From the NCBI GenBank assembly GCA_012295275.1, contig CM022679.1, forward strand, positions 6,014,001 to 6,078,000: a stretch of 64,000 bases of DNA. Direction: 5' to 3'. Source of the stretch: Chrysomallon squamiferum (Eukaryota; Animalia; Mollusca). The translations under genes were made by a program, and so were the position numbers. Below the pieces are notes generated by a model. It saw only the letters and a list, made by a program, of their open reading frames with translations. It was not told where the DNA came from and made no database searches. Of this stretch, positions 27,714-40,152 are shown piece by piece; positions within the stretch are counted from its first letter, which is position 1, and the number at the start of each line of letters is the position of its first letter.

Positions 27714-29665
27714 TCAAGAAAAGTTGTACTCTTGTTCAAATTTCTCAAAGTCTTCGTCAGTAAAAACAGATTTCTCTTCTGGTTTCATCTCCTTTATTTT
27801 GCCTCTTCTGTGAAGTCTTTCATGCTGGTCTAAGATCTGAAAAAAAATTATTAAAAAAATTAGTAAGAACAATTTCACTTTTAAAATACTTTACTACTTG
27901 ATGTCATTGTGGGTTTACCTTACAATTGGTACATAGTGCTCAAAATTTACTTGAGTGAGTGTAAAACATTTTCAAATAACCTTACATAATAACTGTATCA
28001 TAGGCAGGCAACAAAGACTTGTGGATTGAAGCCCATAACAAATGTGTTTAAGCAATTTTTACTGAAATTAAATTTGGTGCATTCAGACATTCTGTGAATT
28101 CTCATTCATTTGTTTGCCAGGCAGTTACCAGCATAATGGTGCTATATTATTTGTACTATTTTGTCTTTTTGGCTTCATTATACTCTTGGAAACTGGATAT
28201 ATAACAGCACTGTGACCTAACAATACTGAAATGTGTATGTATATGGTGCAAATATGTTTCTTATGTAAGTAATAAATCGTCCTACAATTTTTCAGTTTTA
28301 AATTTTATAATAATAATAATAATAATTATAATTCTACCAAAATAAATTATTTTATTATTTCCAGTTTTTAGCTGTATTTTAGCAGCAATAACAATGTCAA
28401 ATAATGTGGCAAGATTAAGCTTTTTAAGGAATTCGTCAAGTCATTTCAGCATTTTACTTTCTGTGTGGTCTGGCATTTTTAAGTAATTCTGCAATATTTA
28501 AAACAATTTATTTATTAATAATTGCTTGATTTAAAAACAAACAAAAAATTCCTATTCAAGTATTTACTAAAATCATATTAACTGCTTCATAATTAAATTG
28601 TTTAATAATTTATGTTTTTCTCACCTTTTTTAATAAGCAATAATATATTATAATACATGTAATATCTAACACAAACATATTTAAATATTTTCATACCTAT
28701 AGCAGTACAACTTATTGGATTTGGCTAGACAGGATCAAATTCTTACTTTTTTAGCTTGATCTGCTTCAACTTTTCCCGAACCTGACAACTTCTGCAGCAT
28801 AGTGAGATTATATTCTGTAAAATCCCCCTGTTGACTTTCTCTGTATTTTTCTGAAAATCATTATTCTGTAATTTATTATCATTTCAGCAAAAAACAACTC
28901 TGAAAACATTTCTGTATCTGAACTATAATCAGAAAACAAGAAATTAACAACCATCTTAAGAGAAAATGCCTTTCTTATTAAATCATATGAATACATATTT
29001 TTACTGCAAACTTTCATGTAAATTTCTTACCAGATTTCAAATGCATGGATATCATAAAATAATTAATTAAAATATAATAGTTACCCACAAACTATTCCTT
29101 GAAATACCATAATATAAAGAAATCACACACAACACACACATCTGAAGTTAATTTGGTAAATCAATATGCTTTTGGAGTAATATTAATAAAACTACTAACT
29201 GAATAACAGAAACTCACCAATTAGTGATTTTGTTTCTTTTGTTGATTTTCTTTTCTGGTTTCTCTGTTGTTTCTGTAATCTACGTTGCTCTTTCCACAGA
29301 CCAATATTTTTAGTGCTGGTTATCTTCATTTCATTAACTGATTTCTTCTTTTTCTTTGGATCTGATGCATCTATTTTATCAACACAAGGCGACAACTTGT
29401 CAAAAGTAATATGAAACTGGAATCTACACATTTTAAATTTAATTTCTTTAAAATATAATTATATTAATATAATTCTGTTTCTTCATAATTATTTAAGATG
29501 ATTTTAAGATTTATTTTTATTTTTTAAGCTCCAAGGCTCTAAAAATTAAATTGAACATTTTAATATTGTTTTGTTTACAAAAACAGCAAAATAACAGTTT
29601 ACTACACCTGTTTTTAAATCGTCTTCATAGAGCTGTAAACATTTTTTCAGTACTGCAGATGACAT
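27714..29665 (-). CDS. RPS19BP1: Active regulator of SIRT1 (AROS) / RPS19-binding protein 1 (4 exons, 145 aa)
   Basis: Minus-strand exons 29665-29608, 29370-29218, 28850-28747, 27836-27714 total 438 nt. N-terminus MSSAVLKKCLQLYEDD, a basic middle, EKYRESQQGDFTEYNL and C-terminal SVFTDEDFEKFEQEY match AROS (MSAALLRRGLEL...TVFTEEDFQKFQQEY). The exon 2 acceptor could instead lie 9 nt downstream. Confidence 0.9.
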
Positions 29666-30090
29666 AACTGTACCTCTGTTGTTGACTAATAATGTACTAT
29701 CAACAGAACTTAACCTAACTTATTTAAAAACATGAGGCAGGATACAGATAATATTTAATTTTCAATAATCAACTGGTAATGGCACCATCCTTTTTTTCTA
29801 CTGGTCCCGTTTTATGCATGAGCAATGTACTTTTTTTTCTTCAGAAAATAACAACAGTAAATAAAATGTCTTTTACTCTTTAGTAATAATTCAAAAAATG
29901 TACGTTTAATTACAGAGAAATATGAATATATTTAAATTACTTTCAATATTTATGAAATGGATGGCGTAAAAAATTATTTGTTAACGTTTGGACGAAATTT
30001 CTCGGTTCAGAGATTGTTGATACAAACGGAGATGGTACCTATATATTTGCATATACAAAACCAGTTTGAAAATAAACAAAATGGCGGACA
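29666..30090. promoter_or_regulatory. Bidirectional promoter RPS19BP1/ARL6IP1
   Basis: Divergent ATGs are 415 bp apart with local CpG enrichment. A YY1-type motif AAAATGGCGG overlaps the ARL6IP1 start. Confidence 0.7.
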
Positions 30091-32947
30091 GTAGTTCAAA
30101 TCTTATTCATCAAGAAATGGTTGGTATATATTTGTTAGTTAAAAGAATAGTTATTATCCATCGAAGCATTTTTTCATTAGTAACCAAAGTGATACTAGGG
30201 TAGCAGTAATGAATATTATCTATATATATGCAAGCGTACGCTACTCCGACTATCCTTTCCGACTATTATAATTATTTTCATTTTCGGATTTCGGATTTGC
30301 CATTAAATTGTTAAACCTCTAAAAATAAATTATTATGATTATGTCATTTATATTTAGTATATCAGTCCAGTATCTATTAGAAGCACATTATAACATTTGA
30401 AACACGCCCACTCACCAGACCCACACACTGACACAGTGACATAGTCACGATAGTATCAGTGACTGTCAGTTTCATTCCTTTAAGTTTAAGTTTAAGAAAA
30501 TAACAAAATAATACTAATAATTAAATAGCAAATAAAACAATCCAAAAACACCCTATATAAACAGATAAAATTATTAATTATATAATTAAATGATAAATAT
30601 ATAAATCACACACACGCACACTCACACTTTTATGAAGTATTTAAAAAAAAAGATTCAAAATAAATATTCATAGACATTCATCTTTTTAAGGAGGTTCACT
30701 CAAAAGAAAATGAGGAAGAGAGGCTTGCTATTATAAAAAAGGATCTGGAAGGCTGGAGGGAACTACTCATACCCCTGAACAAACTTCTTAACTGGGACAA
30801 GCCCTACTATCCAGGCATCATTGTGGTGTTTACAACACTCGTCTTTTCGTAAGTGATTGCTTATCACTGGGTTTTTAAACATAATGTATTACTCAGTTTT
30901 TCATTTTTAACTTTAAAAAAAATTTGGATTAATCATATTTCAGCATTGTATTAAAAAATCTATTTATAAATAGATTTTGATGAAACAGTATAACATCGTG
31001 TTACTGCCTTTGAAAATACTGTAACCTCAGCTGATTAAATAGTGTAAAATCTTGCTTCCATCTGATCAATTATTAAATTGTAAAATTCTTTTGATGCTGA
31101 TTAAAGAAGTATTGAATATCATGTTGCCATTGTGAATATCAGATGATTTTCTCTCTTTCATTATCTTTAACCTCATAAATAATGCCAAACATGTGGATTA
31201 AAAATACATTCACCAAGTCATTAAATAAAACAACTTTTATTATTTAAAAAGTATTTTCAGTGTAAATAAAATTATAGTATTACTTTAAAATTATTTTTCA
31301 ATGTAAATTAATTATTTTTTTGAATTTGTTTTCAGTGTAAATAATTTTAATTTTATTTTGAAATTATTTTCAGTATAATTAATTATATTATTACTTTATA
31401 TTTATTTTTCAATATAAATTTATTATTTTAAAATTATTTTTCAGAATGATTTGGTATTTTGAACCCTCAGTCTTGACGACATTTTCCTTGCTTGGTCTAG
31501 TCATCAGCATAGTTGACTTCACTGTACCAATTATTGGGCCTGTGCTTTTCTCTGGTACAAAGTGGTTAGTATTATAATAACACACTTTGTTGTGTTAATC
31601 TTTGGGCTGTATCCATAAGTTCATATAATGGTAAATGGTTTAATTTTATTTTTTGATACCTTGTAAGGGCATGAGATATTTAAGTTAATTAGAAATATTT
31701 TAAAGTGGATTTATGTCTGTTAGACATATTAAATTTAACATTTTGTCCATTTCACAGGACTGTTACTCAGGAGCAGCAGTTTGAACAAATCTGTATTAGA
31801 CTATGGAATGCCAAGGTTCACTTCTACAATTTTGTAGAAACAATGTCACAGCTGAAAACAGAAAAGCCCAAAATAGTAAGTATAGGTGTTCAGCTTTCTA
31901 AGCTTAGATTTAAATATCAGTATTGAGCTTTGTTTCTTTTTCTGAAAAATATAATTGATATAAGTGCAGTGTACAAACTTACGGAAAAGTGTTGGATTTT
32001 TATTTATGTTGTTTTTAAAAGTTTTTTTTCACTAAATATCAGTATTTAAAATCTGATTTTCTGTTCTGCTTTTCTGTTATCTATTATTTTTAGATAATAC
32101 TCAACTGTAAGACAAATACTGGGCTTCTAAGGAATAATATATGTGAAATATTGCTTTTAAAATGTTAGCTTTTTTGTTGTCTTTAAAACATTTTGCTAGC
32201 TTCTCAACTAGTATTATTTTCTTGTTTCTCTGTGAAATATTGAATAATTATTAAAATTATTTTACTATGCAGTATTTCATTGTTGTCATGGGAATGCTGA
32301 CACTGTTTGCCTGGATTGGATATCTGCTTGATAATCTGTTCCTAACATACATAATTGGTGAGTAATTTATTTTACCAGAAACTGTTATGTGATAAAAAAA
32401 AGCCAAACAAACATTTTTGTCAATGCTCTGCGAGAAGAATTGCTTTTTTTTTTTGAATGTCAGTAAAATTGGTATATGCAGGTGAGGATAAAATAATTAA
32501 AAAATAAATAAACCCTGATTTCATTATTGAGATATGTGAATGTGGATTTGTCGTAGCTAAATTGACTGGTCAGCAAGCCTGAATTAAAAGTTTCCCCTAG
32601 TCATGGTATGATGGTAGATTTGTTGAACATTTAGTATATCCTAAATAATCACTAACTTTAGCTATTGATATTATTTTATGAATAAATGTTTGTATTTATT
32701 TTTATGATGAGATTGATGCATTGCTTTATTGAGCTGCCGGTGCTGTCTGTGTGAGTGTTCAGAGAAGATGAAAAAGAAGTTTTTTACTATGATTATTATT
32801 CATATATTTACATTTATTATGTTTTTCCCAGTGAACATCACACTTCTTCAGCCAGGACTAAGGCGTCATGCAGTTATCCAGAAGTACATTCAGAGAGTCA
32901 AGGCCATCCTCAATCGTCTGCTCTTCAACAAGACCAAGAAGAACTAA
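30081..32947 (+). CDS. ARL6IP1: ADP-ribosylation factor-like 6 interacting protein 1 (ER-shaping protein, 6 exons)
   Basis: Exons 30081-30119, 30691-30848, 31445-31564, 31758-31875, 32273-32357, 32832-32947. Motifs LEGWRELL..LLNWDK, EPSVL, KWTVTQEQQFEQIC, LKTEKPKIYF, NLFLTYII, LLQPGL; C-terminal KTKKN is a dilysine-type ER retrieval signal. Confidence 0.95.
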
Positions 32948-34107
32948 TAAAAAATGATGGCAGACATTTTTGCTTCAGCAGAAAACCATTGGATGAGATA
33001 ACTGCTGTTCATCCTACTGTTGTCATTATGAAATTGGTTTTGTAGATTTTCCAGCAAATTAAATGTATTTCAGATTAATATTCAGTTAAAATTGAAGACA
33101 CTTACCCCAAAATACACATTATATCCAAAGGAATATATTTACTTCTGCTTTTCTTGAATGTTTTTATGAGCATGATTATTTTAATTTGCAATTAAAACAA
33201 TAGCAGAAAGAAAGAATAAATAAAATAAAATAAAAAACCTGTACAGAACTGCAACTAAAAGCTAGCTGAAATTAGTATTTATATTGTTAATGAAACTGTA
33301 TGGATTTAATTCCAACAACAAAAGAAAAGGATTAAATTGTTATTTGTTTAATTTTACAGCAGTCAAACAAAATGTAGAGAGCAGATTTAAGCAAATTAGA
33401 TATTTTAATTCTCAGTTTGAACAACAAAAATTTAGTTTTCTTGTTTTGTCTATAAAAGAGAATTCAACATATATATATATATATTTTTTTTTTTTTGTCT
33501 TTAAAATGCAGTATATATACATGTGGTAAATGATTAATAATATGTGATTGATATTCAGTGAGATCTAGATTTGATTTAATTGCAGTTCATTTTTCTGAAT
33601 GCTTTGCTGGAACACATGCATTTCTTTTTTATAACATAAAATTTTACGTAAAGCATTTAAAACTGTAAACATTTTAATCCATAATTAGAAATGTTCAGAA
33701 GACGTGATTTTTATCAGTTATGTTAAATAATAATGTTTTGATGTGTTAACATTCAAATATAATAAACAACTGAATACACACATAAAAAAACAGTATTTTT
33801 TAAATTCCACCAATTAAAAAAAATAAAAATAAAAATGAGCAAGAAAAAATAGTTACTATTACACGTTAAACCATAATTTTTCTTTTATCTTTATAAACTC
33901 TGAGCACTAAAAATATTGAAAACTGAGTATAAATCAAGACAAAATTATTACTGTGGAGAATTTAAAACTTCACAGCAATTTTCAGTCTGTTGCTGAGTAT
34001 CAGGACTATAGCAGGAGTTGTGCTAAAACTTTTAGTATCTTGCTTTCATGTTCTTTTACAAACTCTTCATTAACTGATTCTTTTAAAGTGATTGTTTGTT
34101 ACCCTAG

Positions 34108-34198
34108 GACTGTTTTATGTTGTTGATGGCCAATATATTGCATGCAATTATTCTGACTGTTTTATGTTGTTGAGGCCAATATATTGCATGTGATTACT
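34108..34198. repeat. Tandem duplication, ~46-47 bp x2
   Basis: GACTGTTTTATGTTGTTGA(T)GGCCAATATATTGCATG occurs twice in tandem. Confidence 0.85.
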
Positions 34199-34918
34199 AA
34201 ACAAGTTGTACATTTATCCTGGCCTTTTTGTGGGTTTTTTGTTATTTCTTTTTTTACATTTTGATATTTAGAAATTAGATGCATGTTATGTTTTATTTTT
34301 TTACGAAGCATACAAACTGACATATTGATGTTTAGGTGTGTGTTTTATGTTTTTTTTTATTAAATGCTGTAATATATTACTGCATGTTTAATACAATTTT
34401 ACTGCTGCAATTTATCCTGTAATATGTCTGAAAAATGTTTTTATCATCAGCTCTTTTAATCTTTTTACATTTTATCATTTACTGAAACAAAAAAACTTTT
34501 TAATATTTTGATTACATTACAATATTATTGTTATTTATAATGTTTGCATATTGTGTTTGTTTTCAGCAATATTTTTAATATACATTTTATTGTAACATTT
34601 CATTTTTCATTTATTTTGCTACATAATAAATAAAAATTTATTTTATTTCTTCATTAAAATCATGTTAGGAAAATTAAGAATCTTGTAATATTGTTTGTTG
34701 TCTGTATTGCATATGTAATTAATTCTTTAACTATTTATGTGCCAAAATTAAACCAAATACTGCCTGCTACATTTTATTTATTAACAATGTCAGGCACTTT
34801 CGTGTTTAGGTTCTTGCATATATTTATGTGTGTTCATCTCTGTATCTTCAGAGGTGACAGCAATTCCCTTTAGTAAATTTTGTCTATGATTCTAGACATT
34901 TTGGACTCCCTGAAAAAC

Positions 34919-34921
<3 letters not shown>

Positions 34922-34966
<45 letters not shown>
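34922..34966. repeat. (TA)n microsatellite
   Basis: About 22 TA units. Confidence 0.95.
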
Positions 34967-34969
<3 letters not shown>

Positions 34970-36664
34970 GGTTTTTTTACAAAACTTACAAGTTTTATCT
35001 ATTGAATTTTTAAATAGGGCATAATAAAATATATTCTGATATATTTTTTCTGGCATTATTAAATGAAAAAGGAATCCCAAATGTTAGAAAACTGAAAATG
35101 CAATTAAATTAATTAATGCTATTATAATTTTTCTAATGTTAATATTATTTTTAATCTTGTACATATTTATTTAATAACTTAGTTTTGTTCCTAAGCTTAT
35201 TTCTAATCTATTTTTACATTCCTTTTAAGTTTAAATTTTTCCCGTTTTGGTTGCATTATTTAATATATCTAATTAATGTGACACACAAACAAGTGGTTAA
35301 AGATAGAAAATAGAAATATTAAATAGTATGCTTTAATATCTTAATTTTAATAACCTAATATTTGAATTTAATCTTGAAATACATTTAACATATTGGGTAA
35401 AACTTGGGTAAAACTTTATTAATGATGAAGGTATAAAAATGTTTATGTAATTAAGATTAATAATTAACAGAATAAGATGAAATACGTTTTGGGAGTTACA
35501 AAATAAATATAATAAATTTAATTGTAAAGTACATTTAGGAAATTTCATTACAAAATAAGTATATTTAAAAGATAATTATAACAAATAATCTGTGAATAAA
35601 ACTGTAACTAGTTATGTATTCTCATTAACCATAAGAATTTATGAATTATTTCCTTTATTTATGGTGTGTTTGCTTGAATGTGGCTTTTTTTTCTTCTTTA
35701 CTTAAGAATGTGCGTGTGTATTAGTAAACATGATTTGTTGGTAAATTCAAAAGAGAATTCCTAATTTATTTATTTTTTAAACTATTGAAAGAGTTGCAAT
35801 GTTTTTCTTTTTCTTTCATTGTTTTTATAATAAGATATTTTAAATTATTCCCTATTTGTTGTTTTTGTTGTTGAGAAATAAATAAAAAAAAAAAAAAAAA
35901 AAATAAAAAATAAATATAATAATAATAATTAATAAGTAAGTAAATAAATAAATTGAAAACATTTTAAAATTTAAAATGTTTTCATGTTATATCTTAAATC
36001 TTTTTTTTTATATATTTTTATTACAAAAAGCTAGTCTCTATATATTTTTCTTGTGAGAGGAATATAATTTGTAGTTTTCATTTATTTTTTGTATTGAGTG
36101 GGAATTTCATTTGTTTTGTTGTTAAAGGCCAGTAGTGTGCCTTACAAATATTTTAAAATCATTTAATTCCCCATTTGTTTATTCACTCATTTTCATCCCA
36201 TTTTAGCCTTGGTAAACTTTTGTTATCTTCTAACAGTTCAGACCCATGTAATACAAAAGAAAAAGAAAAGGAAAATTTGAATTGTAAAAAAAGTTAATTA
36301 TATAATAACTAATATAATAAAAAATGTCTGTAAAATTTAGACAGTGGTTTTGTCTTCATACCCTTCAGTTTTTAAAATTACCATTCCAGTAATTATTTAA
36401 AAATGTACTATAACCTTATTGAAATAACTGGTCCAGTTGTTAGCTAAACTTTGATATATATATTACAATCTGTCAAATTTGTTGACTGGTATCTTGTATG
36501 TGAAGATTAATGCAGATGAGTGGCTACTGTATGATTAATATATTTTTATTAGTCAATTTAATTGGCTACTGGATGAAAACCTTACAAATCTAGAATCATT
36601 CCTATTGATTTGTTACTTTTCACCTTACATTTCTGATTCCATTTAAGTTTGTGATGATAAGTTG

Positions 36665-36830
36665 TTTTTAGCTAATTAACAGTAGTAATTGTTGTGATAA
36701 TGGATTATTGCAGCTAATTACCAGTAGTAATTATTGTGATATTGGATTACTTATAACTTTGTGTCAGTAGTAAATATTGTGATAATGGATAACTGTTTTT
36801 TATTATCAGTGATAAAAGATTATTGTAATC
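36665..36830. repeat. Degenerate ~42-bp tandem repeat (3-4 copies)
   Basis: Recurring CAGTAGTAATT(G/A)TTGTGATA(A/T)TGGATTA motif. Confidence 0.7.
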
Positions 36831-38619
36831 AGAGGTTGGTACAAGTTTTGTTATGGACAAGTTTTGTGTGGTTATTCTAGGTTGTAAATAATTAGATACA
36901 GTTAATTTGTTCTAATGGATTGATGTCCTAAAAAACAGCAGTTTTGTATTAATGTTTTATTAGAGTAAATAAATAATAAATCTATATACATGTAGCTGTT
37001 TCAGAATAATATATTATTACAGTGGTTATATATAAATGTTGCTGTTTTTGGATTATGTATTAATAAAAAAAATTATGTAACAAATTCATATAAATGTACT
37101 GGTTTGTACTAAAGAATCTTTAAAATAAATATATAGATAACAAAAGTTCATGCAGGCTGTTGCTCTGTATTATTATGGAACTTATATAATACATTCACAT
37201 CCATGTACGTGTTTTATACTAACGAATTATTAAAGTAAAGGCATGAAGCTGTATTGTAAAAGGTCATATCTAGATTAATTTAGCAAGAGATATCTTTATG
37301 AGAATTATTTGTCTGAAATCCTTAGTATTAGTTCTCATTATGTAGAATATTGTGATTATGTAATTAACATTATTTTATGCTAAATAAATAGCCATTCTTG
37401 TCATGTGCAAATGAGGGAAATAAAACCCATTCAGGGCCTACATGGTTTTTTCTGACTCCTAAGACCTTCCTTGAACTGTTTCTGTTGTGGCATATTGTTG
37501 TTACACTAGATGTATTTGTGCATTGATATTCAAGTATTTTATAGTTAACATGTTAAAACCATGTACTGGGTTTTTTGTTGCTGTAGCTCTACAAAACAGA
37601 CAGCATGTAATAACATATTTATTATTCAGTTTAATGTCCCATGGTTACATCTGTCTTAATAAGGATTGAAAATGGAGTTAGCAGCTGTTGTGTATTAATT
37701 TAGAAAATATTCTATATATATATGGATTAAATTTATTACTGGATATGAATAAGATGATTGATGAAATCATAAAGAAAATGTAATTTTGAAAACTAATTAT
37801 TTGAATCTTGTCAGAGTATTTTTTAAAACATCCTGTACTAATTAACATGATGTCAAATCAGTCCAGGTTTATGCTCAATATAATATTACTTGCTGCCTTT
37901 AAAAGATTATTTTTGTATTTGTTTTTCAAACTGTAAATGCTTGATGAACTTTTTCTGTTTTGATAAAGAGCCAAAGTTTGTAATTAAGGAAGGCCTTTTA
38001 GACTAAAAATATCATACATTTATAAATCTAGCTAATAAGAAAAAAGATTTAAAAAATTTAAAAATCAAATTATTATTATTATTATTATTTTAAATTGTGA
38101 ACTAAAATAAAACATCAAGTGAAAAAACATAATATCTAAATTCAGATTTTATTTTAAAAAAAACTAATTAACATTTTAAACTAATAATCAAATAGGTTTT
38201 TTGGGATGTGGGGGGCTGAAATTGAAATTCATGCTTATGTCTAGATTATAATATATTGGTAAAATAGCTGATGAGACTACAGAAGAATAACTGGGGAGTA
38301 AAATATTTAAAATGTAAAAACAAGTATAAAAATTAAATATTTCAGTACAAGGAATATAAAATTAATATATTAACTTTAAAATTAAATGTTTCTGTACAAG
38401 AAATATAAAATTTTATGTCTATTTTATGTTTTAATAATTCCAGTACAGTTGTTGATGTTTGTGGTTTAAAGTAATGATCATTGTGAATGTTCTGTAAATG
38501 TTTGTTATTATTGTTCCTTGTGGTGCTTTTTGCAGATGGTAGCTAACTTGTCACTGGAGAGCCGCAATGTTTTGAAAGGAAGATTCTATGAAAAAAAAAA
38601 AAAAAAAAAAAAAACAGTG

Positions 38620-38654
<35 letters not shown>

Positions 38655-39456
38655 ACAGTGAAAAAAATAAAAAAAAATAAAATAAAAATAAAAATCAATA
38701 AATAATAAAAAAGAAAAGGAAACTAAAAACTTCAGTTGAAATCTATCTTGAATACTGCGGAAGATTTTTTTTTTAATTTCTGTTATCTCATTTTTTTAAA
38801 ATATGTTTTAAACTCAAAAAATATAAATAAAAATATCTTCAAATCTTTCAAGTATTTCTGGCTCTCAAGTGACTAACTGGTTTTTATTAAATAATTTATT
38901 TTTATTTAGAAATCTTCCTCTTTCAGTTAATTAAATTTTGAACAAATACTGTATTGATTATTTCAATCATTTTCATTTATTTTTCATGATGGCAGATGGC
39001 ACACATCATTACATTTTAAGGCATTTAAAATCATCCAGAAGAATGGTAATATATATCTTGTTTTAATAATTAAAAAAAAAATTGTAAGATTTGTTTTTCT
39101 TAAACTACATTTTTGTGGGTAATTACTGATTATTGATAAAACCTACCAGTGAGAATATACAACATAATATTCAATAATTTTATTCATTAGAATTAATTTT
39201 TTAAAAGTAAAATTTGGTGCAAAATGTTTTATAAATTTTCATTTATCCTTCATTAATTATATTAACACATTATTTAAAATGGATTATGGAGATCATCGTG
39301 TGATTTTTAAAACTGGTACTGGCTACTACATAATTGGTTTAAATGTCTTCCAGACTTTGTTTGATGATATCTGTAATTATTTTATGCTTCACAGCTTTTA
39401 ATCTATTTTATATTCACTTTGTAATAATAGTAAAATATAAAATAAATGTTTCACCA

Positions 39457-39710
39457 TTTATTTATTTATTTATTGTATTTTGTTGTTAGACATGAAAAAA
39501 AAAAAAAAAAAAAAACGGTTTAGTAAATCAAAAAAACAAAGTCATTCAGAAAGTTATAACATCCCATATTTGCTTTCCTAAAGAATTTATTTATTTATTT
39601 GATTTTGTTGTTAGACATGAAAAAAAAATTGAGATTAAGATAAAAAAAAATTAAAATAAAAAGGCATTTAGAAAGTTTCAGTATCACATATTTGCATTCC
39701 TAAAGAATTA
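39457..39710. repeat. ~125-bp direct duplication x2
   Basis: TTTTGTTGTTAGACATG-polyA...CATT(C/T)AGAAAGTT...CATATTTGC(T/A)TTCCTAAAGAATT occurs twice. Confidence 0.8.
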
Positions 39711-40118
39711 TTGTCCATATTTTATGTATCCAATATTTTTGTGTTCCTGTGTAGAAGTATAAACCCATTGATTATGATGTTGCAATGAGAGTTAAGGATT
39801 AAATTAATTAGAGGCCCAGCACCTACTCAGTCTTACCATTCTTCTCATAACCCTAAATTTGATCAAGACAGATGTTTCAACCACAAGCGGATATAGATAA
39901 TGCTAAACATCTTTTTAATATTTAGTAGATTACTTGTTGCTAATTAGTACCAATAACCATAAAGTAACAATATAAAAATGTTTGATATTAAAAAAAAAAA
40001 TCATTCATTGTTCCAAAAGATTATCATAAGATTCTGAATATATTAAGTTTAGTTGTCATATCAAAAGAAAAGAAGAACAACAAAAAGATATAAGGAAAAA
40101 ATATTTTATTTCTTATAG

Positions 40119-40152
<34 letters not shown>

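Noticed and set aside
28400-28490. Extra RPS19BP1 exon candidate (TTGCAG acceptor)
   Set aside because: It runs into in-frame stops, and exons 3 and 4 join correctly without it.
32700-32790. Box C/D snoRNA in ARL6IP1 intron 5 (ATGATGA)
   Set aside because: No properly placed CTGA D box or terminal stem.
32755-33045. 96-aa ORF overlapping the last ARL6IP1 exon
   Set aside because: It is an alternative frame starting at a GTG within the intron, with no support.
35954-35984. 15-bp perfect inverted repeat
   Set aside because: Almost pure A/T, so plausible by chance or slippage; no functional context.
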